From NCBI RefSeq assembly GCF_963921235.1, contig NC_086108.1:100318001-100382000 (forward strand): a stretch of 64,000 nucleotides of DNA, written 5' to 3'. Source of the stretch: Mobula hypostoma (Eukaryota). Below, one piece after another: positions 1 through 10,925 of the stretch (within the stretch, counting starts at the first letter, position 1; every line of letters starts with the position of its first letter). Made by a program: the position numbers and the translations under genes. A model generated the notes under the pieces. That model was not told the DNA's origin, did not search any database, and saw nothing but the letters and a program-made list of their open reading frames with translations.

Positions 1-663
1 AATTGCACCCAGGTTGCTGACACAGTAATAGTGTTTTGGTAACCGCAACACTGCCATGACACCCCAAATTTAAAGAGAAATAAAACTCAGCAGTTTCGGC
101 TACCAAGAAAGTGAAGGAGCATTCTATTATTTTTTTAAATTACATCATCTGTACTACAAAGTTACTGGAAAATTCTGTAGATGATTGAAATATCTTCAAT
201 GCAAAGAAGCCTCCAAACTATAAGATTTGCAAAACTTGGCTCGACTTGATGTTTAAGGTTATTTTAGTCTATCGCTGGTGTCACATTGTATGTTTTACCT
301 GAAGAGATCTTCATAAAAGATATCTGGTTAACTTGTGATTCATAGAAGATGGATGTTTTAAATCAGTCATTCTTTTGGGGTGAATTCTGCATGACTCTGA
401 ATGGAGTGGCTGAACGTAAGGAAATCAAAATTCCCATGTGCCAGAGTTGGCTGCAATCCGGCTAAGATTTACCCCCCAGATTAGAAGATTTGGGTCTTAG
501 TTCCCTCACAGAAACTAAAGAGGAAAGCAAATAGATAGTGCAGTGCAATACAGAGGGAGTGTTGCAGTGATGGAGAGGCTATTATCAGTTTAGACATTAA
601 CTTGCACCTCTCCACTCTGCTCATAAAATACCTCATGCTGCTATTAAACAAATACTTCATGTC

Positions 664-2003
664 CAATGTTCCCTCTAATTTTTAGCAGTCAGTGTGTGCA
701 AAAATCTTATGTTGTGCAAATGTTTTTCCTGTGACAAATGTATGTACACACTGAATGCACACATGGCACCGTTTATGTAGGTTTACAAAATATTTGACAT
801 AAAACTGCACAGAATAACAACAAAATAACATACATATTTAAGTCACTCAGTTATTTTTTCCCTCTCCTGTCTTTGGCATTTACCCATTCTTTATAAACAC
901 TATCTAGACTAATAGAACTTACATCCAAATGATAGCTTTTGATTCTCATTAACATATCCAAATAACATTCACCTAAACGGTTTCTCAGCTTGTTTTTGAG
1001 TTGATTCACTCGGCTAAAACCTCGCTCACAGTCCGCACTAGACGCAAGAAAGGTTCCCCCAATGTCCATCAACTGTGCAAGGTCACAAAACTGTTCATTT
1101 TGAAGTACAAATGCCACCATTTGAGCAAAGTTTGAAACCAGTTTGGATTTAATTTTTTCTTACATGGAAAATTTGAAATCATTAAACTGTCTAACTATTA
1201 CAGTATTTTCAGCTAGAAAATCATGATATTTTAGACATAAGGCATTAACTTGTTCATCGCCAAATGTAAAGTCACAATCTACAATTGCGGAGAAATCAAA
1301 AGTTGACCATTCTTGTACCTCATCTTCAGGAAACCTTTCTTCTAAATGAACACAAAGACTATTTATAAAAGTCAACAGTGAACTTATATCCACTGTGACG
1401 TTTTCTTCACGTTGTTGGCTTAGCAAAACTATAACTTTGTCACTCCACAAAACGTTGTCTCCCAGATATTGCTTTCTTATCTTGTTAATTTTGCCTCGTG
1501 CAAAATGAAGTGAATCAATCAGTGTCAGGCCACTCTTTTGCAGAATCTTTCACAGTGGCACCCAGTTCATCAAAGACCTCACTTAAAACCTGTAAAGCTA
1601 CTTTGTATGTGATGTTTATCAATTTCTTGTGACAGTATTTAGCCACAGGGTCATTTGACTAATCTTTTTCAATAAAAACTTAGTAAGCTATCTACAGGAT
1701 TTGAAACAGATCTTTGTAAACTTTACGATATGAACACTGTCCGCCAAAGATGGCTGCCGTCGTGATGCAGCTGTACAAACCGGAACAGGAAAGGTGAGGT
1801 GACGTAAATTAGTGACGTGCATTGTGGTATTTGAAAACCCGACTAACTACTTAACAGAAGCATTTAGCTAAAAGATAATTTTCAATAAGTATAATTTCGT
1901 TATTTTAGGTAACTAACCTTTTGTGCGCACATTAATTTCCTTTGTGCGCTGGTTGAAAGACATGTGTGCGCGCACACACGCGCACAGCTTAGAGGGAACA
2001 TAG
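664..2003 (-). mobile_element. Internally deleted hAT DNA transposon (1340 bp)
   Basis: 15-bp TIRs CAATGTTCCCTCTAA (664-678) and TTAGAGGGAACATAG (1989-2003), 1 mismatch; perfect 8-bp TSD TTCATGTC at 656-663 and 2004-2011; transposase remnants inside. Confidence 0.93.
851..1450 (-). pseudogene. hAT transposase C-terminal remnant (dimerisation domain), split into two ORFs
   Basis: ORF 851-1120 contains SSADCERGFSRVNQLKNKLRNRL, the hAT C-terminal dimerisation motif; ORF 1160-1450 (LCVHLEERFP) is the upstream continuation, separated by a stop. Confidence 0.85.
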
Positions 2004-3197
2004 TTCATGTCCTGGTTAATAATTATCCCTCATTGATTATCTGTTCAATATCTAGTCAATGGGATTAGACAGTTCAAATGGTTTGGTATGGGCTAGATGG
2101 GCCAAAGGGCCTGTTTCTGGGCTGTACTTTTCTCTGACTCTCTGACTCCAATCAGTAAATTGGCTCCCACTCGTCCCACGTTACAAGTGGCCACAGGAAG
2201 TACAGCTACCCAGGATGTTACCAGGACCGGAGGGCTTGAGAAAAAGAAGAGACTGGATAGGCTAGCGCTTTCTTTCCTTAAAACAAAGGGGTGAGATTAT
2301 AGAAGTTTATAAAATCATGAGGGGCATAGATAAGTGACTGTCTCTTCCCCATGGTAGGGGAATCCAAAACTAGAGGACATATAGTGGACTCAAAGTGAGA
2401 GGGGAACAATTTAAAGTAAATTTAATACCAATGCAGGTACTTGAACATGTCATCATATCCTACTCTGAGATTCATTTTCTTGTGGGCACTCACAGTATAA
2501 CAGAGAAATATAATGCAACCAGTGAAGAACTATGTACAAAGACTGACCAACAGCCAGTGTGAAAGAGAAGGCACACTGTGCAAACAGAAAAGGTAATAAA
2601 TAAACAAATAAATATTGAGAACATATGTTGTTGAGTCCTTGGAAGTGGGCAACACTTTAACACAGAGGGTGGTGCATACATGTACCAGCTGCCAGAGGAA
2701 GTGGTAGAGGCGGGTACAATTATGACATTTAAAAGCCATTTGGATATCTACATGGATAGGAAAGGTTTAGAAGGATATGTAGCAAAATACATGTAAACAG
2801 GACTAGCTGAGTTAGATAATATTGTGGCATAGACCCATTGGGCTGAAGGGCCTGTTGCCAAGCTGTATAATTCTATGACTTTGCATGCTGTCAGTCATCT
2901 TGGGATGTGAAAGGCACAATACGAATACGGTACTGTGCAAAAGTCTTAGGCACATATTTACCGCTAGCGTGCCTAAGACTTTTGCACAGTACTGTAGTAA
3001 TTTTATGTATTGCGCAGAGAAAAAACAAATTTACTGATGTATTCATGTGATGATAAACCCGAAGCTGATTTGGTTCTCTATTGTAGACTGAGAGTGGGTA
3101 GGGGGCAGGGAGAGGGGTATTGTGGTTGAGAAAAGAGGAAGAGAGAGAGAAGCACCAGAGAGACATTCTGTAATGATCAATAAACCAATTGTTTGGA

Positions 3198-4686
3198 ATA
3201 GAAACATAGAAACATAGAAAATAGGTGCAGGAGTAGGCCATTCAGCCCTTCGAGCCTGCACCACCATTTATTATGATCATGGCTGATCATCCAACTCGGA
3301 ACCCCGCCCCAGCCTTCCCTCCATACCCCCTGACCCCCATAGCCACAAGGGCCATATCTAACTCCCTCTTAAATATAGCCAATGAACTGGCCTCAACTGT
3401 TTCCTGTGACAGAGAATTCCACAGATTCACCACTCTCTGCGTGAAGAAGTTTTTCCTAATCTCGGTCCTAAAAGGCTTCCCCTCTATCCTCAAACTGTGG
3501 CCCCTCGTTCTGGACTTCCCCAACATTGGGAACAATCTTCCTGCATCTAGCCTGTCCAATCCCTTTAGGATCTTATATGTTTCAATCAGCTCCCCCCTCA
3601 ATCTTCTAAATTCCAACGAGCACAAGCCCAGTTCATCCAGTCTTTCTTCATATGAAAGTCCTGCCATCCCAGGAATCAATCTGGTGAACCTTCTTTGTAC
3701 TCCCTCTAAGGCAAGGATGTCTTTCCTCAGATTAGGGGACCAAAACTGCACACAATACTCCAGGTGTGGTCTCACCAAGACCTTGTACAACTGCAGTAGT
3801 ACCTCCCTGCTCCTGTACTCGAATCCTCTCGCTATAAATGCCAGCATACCATTCGCCTTTTTCACCGCCTGCTGTACCTGCATGCCCACTTTCAATGACT
3901 GGTGTATAATGACACCCAGGTCTCGTTGCACCTCCCCTTTTCCTAATCGGCCACCATTCAGATAATAATCTGTTTTCCTATTTTTGCCACCAAAGTGGAT
4001 AACTTCACATTTATCCACATTAAATTGCATCTGCCATGAATTTGCCCACTCACCCAACCTATCCAAGTCACCCTGCATCCTCTTAGCATCCTCCTCACAG
4101 CTAACACTGCCACCCAGCTTCGTGTCATCCGCAAACTTGGAAATGCTGCATTTAATTCCCTCATCCAAGTCATTAATATATATTGTAAACAACTGAGGTC
4201 CCAGCACTGAGCCTTGCGGTACCCCACTAGTCACCGCCTGCCATTCTGAAAAGGTTCCATTTATTCCCACTCTTTGCTTCCTGTCTGCTAACCAATTCTC
4301 CACCCACACCAATACCTTACCCCCAATACCGTGTGCTTTAAGTTTGCACACTAATCTCCTGTGTGGGACCTTGTCAAAAGCCTTTTGAAAATCCAAATAT
4401 ACCACATCCACTGGTTCTCCTCTATCCACTCTACTAGTTACATCCTCAAAAAATTCTATGAGATTCGTCAGACATGATTTTCCTTTCACAAATCCATGCT
4501 GACTTTGTCTGATCATTTCACCGCTTTCCAAATGTGCTGTTATCAGATCTTTGATAACTGACTCCAGCAGTTTCCCCACCACCGACGTTAGGCTAACCGG
4601 TCTATAATTCCCCGGTTTCTCTCTCCCTTTTTTAAAAAGTGGAGTTACATTAGCCACCCTCCAATCCTCAGGAACTAGTCCAGAAT
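3198..4686 (-). mobile_element. CR1-clade LINE, 5'-truncated, young copy
   Basis: (ATAGAAAC)n microsatellite tail at ~3198-3220; uninterrupted RT ORF; ends abruptly inside ORF2. Confidence 0.93.
3287..4657 (-). CDS. CR1 ORF2 reverse transcriptase domain and C-terminus (456 aa, N-terminally truncated)
   Basis: Motifs PGNYRPVSLTS, QHGF, YLDFQKAFDKVPH, GVPQGSVLGP, FADDTK and RPHLEYCVQFWSP. Confidence 0.92.
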   Translation of the reverse strand: MANVTPLFKKGREKPGNYRPVSLTSVVGKLLESVIKDLITAHLESGEMIRQSQHGFVKGKSCLTNLIEFFEDVTSRVDRGEPVDVVYLDFQKAFDKVPHRRLVCKLKAHGIGGKVLVWVENWLADRKQRVGINGTFSEWQAVTSGVPQGSVLGPQLFTIYINDLDEGIKCSISKFADDTKLGGSVSCEEDAKRMQGDLDRLGEWANSWQMQFNVDKCEVIHFGGKNRKTDYYLNGGRLGKGEVQRDLGVIIHQSLKVGMQVQQAVKKANGMLAFIARGFEYRSREVLLQLYKVLVRPHLEYCVQFWSPNLRKDILALEGVQRRFTRLIPGMAGLSYEERLDELGLCSLEFRRLRGELIETYKILKGLDRLDAGRLFPMLGKSRTRGHSLRIEGKPFRTEIRKNFFTQRVVNLWNSLSQETVEASSLAIFKRELDMALVAMGVRGYGGKAGAGFRVG

Positions 4687-6279
4687 CAAATGTTCTTGCT
4701 TGAAGTGTCTACATCTGTACCACCCCTGCACCTGGCACTCCTTGTCCCATACCCCACCCTCGTCATTGCCAACATCCTTTGCTCCCAACGGATTTACAAA
4801 CTCACTTTCTGCTCCCCAGTGACAAATACAGTACTGTGCAATGGTCTTACCCCATATAGATATATATGTGCCTAAGATTTTTGTACAGTACTATACAAGT
4901 TTTTTTTCTCATAAGAGATATGATCAAAGAAAGACTTCATTCATTCAAAATCTTATCTTTCACCTGGTGAAACACTTGTCTGCCATCCAGCTGTATTAAT
5001 TAAACTGGAAACATAAATCTTTTCATTTAGGACTGATTCAGGTAAACATGATAATCAACCACCCGAGGTTATTTTCGTCTGATTTCTGCCAGTATTGCAT
5101 ATTTAATTTTGAAATCAAAAGTGCAATTTCATACAAGGAATATTTGTTTGTGTTTGAAAGAGGTCTTGAATTGATTTTGTGCAGATATTATCATTTCATG
5201 CACACATACATTCAGCTTTGACACTTCGTTTGCGTTTATGTAACCCACCCAGCTGTCTGCTTGACTATTAATGTGGCTTACAGACATAATTAAAAACCAT
5301 TCCTCCACCCCCGTTCCCATCACAAGCAATTAACAGACATTCCGAGGGGAAGGATGTGAGTGTGCACTCAAAGTGACTTGTATCTGGATGCCACGTACAC
5401 TTTATGACTGACTGCTGTGTTTGTTCAGTGTTACTTTTCATCAGCTTGGATGATGGTACAGGAAGCAGACTGAGAAACTTTTGCACATGATCTCCCCTTT
5501 GTTTGTATTTTGAACTTCTCTATCACATTTCTTCATCTATTTAAAAAATCATCCACTTTATGATGTTTTAAAAACATGGATCTCTACATATGTAACTTTC
5601 TACTTTTGATTATAAACTACATTTCTTTCCCATCTCTACTAACCATCAGAGTTTTCAAAGACACAATCAATTTGAAAGGCCACTTCTGCAGTATATATCA
5701 CAATCCGGACCTGATTGGAAATCTCGGTTATAAAGAGAATCTTGTTCTCCCCCAAATTACATTGGAGCTTCATTGAGTGAGTGATCATTTCCTGAGGCTG
5801 AGTGATGGCAGCCGTCTGATGACAACAGAGAGATGTTTTTAACATGGTCATTACAGCCAGAGGGGGTCTTCAAACCTGCTTCTGTTTGACAACTTGGAGA
5901 CAGTGGTGATGTGTTGTATTCTTCGGCAAGAGACGTTCTGTCTGGCATAAGAAAAGGAAACTGTCTTCTTTGCCCTACTGATGGAGTTTATTGTCATAAT
6001 TGGCGAAAGGAAATCTCAAAGTCATCCGCCTAATGTTTTTGAAGATGAGTGAACAAAGAGTTCATTGTTGATGTGCTGTGGGTCACTTTACTGTATTTCA
6101 AAAAAATGAATTGGATTTTAAAGTTTAGCAGAGGGATAAACTGAGTCAACAGTGACATCTTCATAATCTATTCCTTTATGTATGTTAAAGAACTTAATAT
6201 TACTAAAACTTACCTGTACAGTCAAATATATGAGAGAGGAAAATCACAAAACCAACTTTAAGTTTGTTTTTTTTATTGA

Positions 6280-6540
6280 AATACAGAACGGAAAAGGCCC
6301 TTCTGGCCCTTTGAACCACAGCAATCCCTGATTTTTAATCCTAGCCTAAACATGGGACACTTTATAATGGCCAATAACCTACCAACCAGTATGTCTTTGG
6401 ACTGTGGGAGGAAACCAGAGCACCCAGAAGAAACCCATGCGGTCCGGGGAGAATGTACAAACTCCCTACAGGCAGCGCCGGGTATTGAACCCAGGTTGTC
6501 TGTACTGTAAAGCACTGTGCTAACTATTATGCCACTGTGC
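6280..6540 (-). mobile_element. tRNA-derived V-SINE (HE1-like)
   Basis: Minus strand: tRNA-like head with GGTTCAATACC B-box, followed by V-domain-like GGGTTTCTTCTGGGTGCTCTGGTTTCCTCCCACAGTCCAAAGAC. Confidence 0.7.
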
Positions 6541-6584
6541 TGAACTTTTAACAAAGCTTCTAACTTAAAAGAAATTCTTAGAGG

Positions 6585-6850
6585 GGTGCCACAGTATTGT
6601 AGCAGTTAGCCAAATGCTATTACATATCTGGTGTATTGGAGTTTGGAGTTCTTTTCTGGAATCCTCCACAAAGGGTTTATGCATCCTCCCTGTGAACGCT
6701 TGGGTTTTCTCTGGGTGCTCCTGTCCCTCTCACAGTCCAAGGACAGACCAGTTAGTAAGTGAATTGATCTTTGTAAGTTGTCTAGTGATTAGGCTAGGGT
6801 TAAATAGGCAGGTTGCTGGGCAGGGCTGCTTGATGGGCCAGATGGGTTCA
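6585..6850 (+). mobile_element. tRNA-derived V-SINE, diverged, head-to-head with the previous copy
   Basis: GGGTTTTCTCTGGGTGCTCC...CACAGTCCAAGGAC core and degenerate tRNA-like head. Confidence 0.55.
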
Positions 6851-6859
6851 GTTGTTGTC

Positions 6860-7275
6860 CAGACCAAACAGAACTGAAATGTGATCTATGTGACTTGACC
6901 ATGGAATGACTGTTTGTGCCAAATGAGGTGGTTTGAGTATTTCAGAAACTGCTGATCTCCTGGGACTTTCACACATAAGGGTCTCTAGAGTTTGTAGAGA
7001 ATGGTGCAAAAAATGAAAAAAACATCAAGTGAGCCACAGTTCTGTGGGTGACAATGCTTCATTAATGAGAGGTCAGAGGAAAATGGCCAGAATGGTTCAA
7101 GCTGACAAGAAGACAACAGTAACTCAGATAAGCTTGCCTTACAACAAAGGGGCGCGGAAGAGCATCTCTGAATGCACAACGTGCCAAACCTTGAAGTGGA
7201 TGGGCTACAGCAGCAGAAGACCACGAACATACACTCAGTGGCCATTTTATCAGGTACAGGAGGTACCATTGAGTG
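6860..7275 (+). mobile_element. Tc1-family non-autonomous derivative (transposase N-terminal remnant)
   Basis: Translation RGQRKMARMVQADKKTTVTQI...LKWMGYSSRRP; TIR-like CACTCAGTGGCCA near 7232; homologous to 22164-22722. Confidence 0.75.
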
Positions 7276-8601
7276 CAGGTACCCTTCACACAGCCACTGT
7301 GCAGTTCAGTTTAAAACCATCCCTCTTATGAACAAATTTATTGTCAAATATGTAAAAAAAAAAAACAGCTGAAGGGTTTGGCACAGCGTGGAAGCAGACA
7401 GGCGCCTGTGATGGAGCTGGCTGAGTTTACAACTTTCTGCAGCTTTGTCTGATTATGTGCAATGTCCCCTCCACACCAGTTGGTGATGCAACCAGTTAGA
7501 ATGCCCTCTACAGGGACTACAATATGTGGCTTGGTGTATTCTGGTTCATGTGGATCACTTCCATATCTCTGAAAAGGTATCAATGATGAAGTTCACCACT
7601 ACATCTGGTGTCCCAGAACAACCTTCTGCTGCTTCGTACAGTGTCATACAGCATAGAAGGAGGACCCAACTCATCCATGCTAACTAAGACACCATCTAAG
7701 CTAATCCAAACCCACCTCATCCATGTAGCTATCCAAACTTCTCTTAGATGTTGCAATTGGACCTGCTTCTGCTGGCAGCTCATTCCACACTCTCATAACT
7801 CTCTGAGAGAAGAAATTCCCTTCAGGTTCCATTTAAGAATGTCACATTTCACTCTAAACCTATGGTTAGCTTTATTTGTTGCATGCACATCAAAGTATCA
7901 AGATGAACAGTGACATGCAATCCAAGAATGTGCTGGGGGCAGTCTGCTAGTATTGGCATGTTTCCATCACCAGTACAGCATGCCCACAAATTACTAACAC
8001 CAACCCTAAACTGTAACCAAACACAATTAGAAGGATTAGTACTCAACTTCACTTGTCCCATCATTGAAGTGTTCCCAAAACCAATGGACTCATTTTCAAG
8101 GACTCTTCATCTCATGTTCTCAATATTTATTGCTTATTTATTGATTATTATTATTATTTCTTTCTGTTTGTGTTTGCACAGTTTGTTGTCTTCTGCACTC
8201 TGATTGAACACCCAAGTTGGCCAGTCTTTCATTGTTTCTGTTATAGTTATCGCCCTATAGATTTGTTGAGTATGCCCAGAAGAAAATGTATCTCACAGTT
8301 GTATATGGTAACATATATGTATTTCGATAATAAATTTACTTTGAACTTTGAATATCTTTGGAATGTGGGAACACCTAGAGGAAGTCCCATGTGGTCATGC
8401 GAAGAATATACATAGTGGTGGAAACTGAAACTCAATCTTCGCGCTGGTGCTGTAAAGCATTGCTCTAACCCCTTTGCTATGTTGCCACCGTTAGCTGGTT
8501 ATTGCAGTGTTGTTTGCACGGTGGCTTTTTGACAGCGTTGTTTCCTGTAGCATTTCGGGACACCCAGATGTTGTGGAAAATATTACAAAAACTTGTTACT
8601 T

Positions 8602-9271
8602 GTTACTCCCAATGCGGCCTTCTATATATTGGCGAGACCCGACGCAGACTGGGAGATCGTTTTGCTGAACATCTACGCTCTGTCCGCCAGAGAAAGCAGG
8701 ATCTCCCAGTGGCCACACATTTTAATTCCACATCCCATTCCCATTCTGACATGTCTATCCACGGCCTCCTCTACTGTAAAGATGAAGCCACACTCAGGTT
8801 GGAGGAACAACACCTTATATTCCGTCTAGGTAGCCTCCAACCTGATGGCATGAACATTGACTTCTCTAACTTCAGCCTATGCCCCACCCCCCCCTCGTAC
8901 CCCATCCGTTATTTATTTACATATACACATTCTTTCTCTCTCTCTCTCCTTTTTCTCCCTCTGTCCCTCTGACTATACCCCTTGCCCATCTTCTGGGTTC
9001 CCCCCCCCGCCACTTTCCTTCTCCCTGGGCCTCCTGTCCCATGATCCTCTCATATCCCCTTTGCCAATCACCTGTCCAGCTCTTGGCTCCATCCCTCCCC
9101 GTCCTGTCTTCTCCTATCATTTTGGATCTCCCCCTCTCCCTCCCACTTTCAAATCTCTTACTAGCTCTTCCTTCAGTTAGTCCTGACGAAGAATCTCGGC
9201 CCAAAACGTGGACTGTACCTCTTCCTGGAGATGCTGCCTGGCCTGCTGCGTTCACCAGCAATTTTGATGTG
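8602..9271 (+). mobile_element. Penelope-like element, 5'-truncated (GIY-YIG C-terminal part plus 3' terminal repeat)
   Basis: CGLLYIGETRRRLGDRFAEH...QPDGMNIDF; near-identical to 20180-21336 and 60882-61918; possible TSD TGTTACTT at 8594-8601 and 9272-9279; hammerhead core decayed (AAAA for GAAA, UG for UC). Confidence 0.88.
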
Positions 9272-9504
9272 TGTTACTTTATACATACTGGGGATATAGG
9301 TGACATACTCTCCCTTACGTGCTCTTGAGAAGGTGGTGATGACTCACTTTCCTGAATGGCAGGTGTCTCGATGATGATGGGACACACACTCTGGTATGAG
9401 CTTGAAATTTTAGGCCAGACGTAATTAGAAGGATGAAAACTTTAAAACTGAAGTTTTGCTGAACAGGGTGTCAACAGAGGTCATATAGGGTGCAGAATGA
9501 GCAT

Positions 9505-9985
9505 CAGAATGAGGTTTAATATCACTCACATATGTCATGAAATTTGTCATTTTGCAGCTGCAGTACATTGCAATTCATGATAATAACTATAAATTACAAT
9601 AAGAAGTAGATATAAAAATTAAATTAAATAGGTAGTGCAAAAAGAGAGGAAAAAATACCGAAGAAGTGTACGTGGGCTCATTGTCCATTTAGAAATCTCA
9701 AGGTGGAGGGGAAGAAGCTGCTCTTGAAACATTGGGTGTGTATCTTTAGGCTCCTCTACTTCCTCCTTGACGGCAATGAGAAGAGGGCATGTCCTGGGTG
9801 ATGGGGGTGGGGGGGGGTCCTTAATGATGGATGCCACCATTTTGAGGTGTCGTCTTCTGATGCTGGGGAGGCTATTGCCCATAACGAAGCTGGCTAAGCT
9901 TACTTTCTGCAACATTTTCCGATCCTGTGCTGTGTCCCCTCCATACCAGACAGTGATGCAACCAATTAGAATGCTCTCCACAGTG
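9505..9985 (-). mobile_element. Rex1/Babar-type LINE 3' fragment
   Basis: ESILIGCITVWYG...SIIKD translation typical of the Rex1/Babar ORF C-terminus; (ATTCTG)-type tail near 9505. Confidence 0.65.
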
Positions 9986-10634
9986 ACAGCAAATTGAGGC
10001 TTGGTCCACTGGAGTTAACGTAGATCCATTCCATGTCTTTGAGAAGGTATTGATGATGAAGTTCCCCACTATCTCTAGAACACTTTTAAACAAAAAAGGC
10101 TCTTTACGTTAAGCAAGGTATGCATGTATCACATGGAAGCATGATGATGTGTGCAATTAATGTATTTTTACATAATTAATTATTCAAACAAACAAGAATG
10201 CTTAAGCAAACAATATATATAAATGCAAGATTACTAAATTATTGAAATATTAAATACACAACAGTACAGGTTATTTAAAATTTGAAATTCATTGCTTATA
10301 CCATTGAGCAGTAAAATATCCAAAAATAATACAAGATATTGTTCTGCAAATAAGCATAAAGCAGCCACTATTTGTTTTACCATTAAAGGATGCTGCAATT
10401 ATTCCAGAGGTTTTGAGAACACTCTTTATGAGTTTCTTCCATCCTCCAGGGAATTGCTTGGCATGAGGGGTTAAGATAAACTTTATTTGTCACATGTACA
10501 CTGAAACATGCAGAGAAATGCATCATTTGAATTAAATCAAATTGAATTGGTGATGGTTATGCTGGACAGCCCGAAAATGTTGTTATGCTTCCAGCACCAA
10601 CATAGTGTGCCCGCAACTCACCAACCTTAAGTAA

Positions 10635-10925
10635 CACCCCACACAAAATAATGGAGGAACTCAGCAGGTCAGGCGGCATCTATGGAGAGGAATAAAGAGC
10701 TAATGTTTTGGGCGAAGATATTTCATAAGGTCTGGAAAAAATGGAGAAGAGGCCAGAATAAGAAGATGGGGGGAGGGGAAGGAATACATTTTGGATGATG
10801 ACAAGTGAAATCAGGTCAGGTAGATGGGGGTGGGGTATGAAGTGAGAAGGTAGGAGGTGATGGTTGGTAAAGGTAAAAAGCTGAAGAAGAAGAAGGAATC
10901 TGATAGGAGAGAAGAAAGGACCATG
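10635..10925 (-). mobile_element. Penelope-derived 3' terminal fragment
   Basis: GGAGGAACTCAGCAGGTCAGGCGGCATCTATGGAGAGG module plus purine-rich 3' UTR homologous to the longer PLE copies; hammerhead decayed. Confidence 0.7.

Larger units (their letters stand above)
2928..4893. mobile_element. Tc1/mariner-type non-autonomous element bounded by two TIR hairpins, interrupted by a CR1 insertion
   Basis: Hairpin CGGTACTGTGCAAAAGTCTTAGGCAC...GTGCCTAAGACTTTTGCACAGTACTG at 2928-2994 flanked by TA; a diverged second copy at 4829-4893. Confidence 0.55.

Noticed and set aside
3273..3965. 230-aa plus-strand ORF
   Set aside because: Antisense shadow of the CR1 RT ORF.
8857..9328. Pro/Ser/Leu-rich and Gly/Arg/Glu-rich ORFs (also at 20122-20533, 55746-56142, 57112-57471, 61507-61820)
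   Set aside because: Translations of the pyrimidine-rich Penelope 3' UTR; low complexity, not genes.
10085..10263. Possible short solo LTR (minus strand begins TGTTGTG)
   Set aside because: No matching terminus or TSD could be identified.
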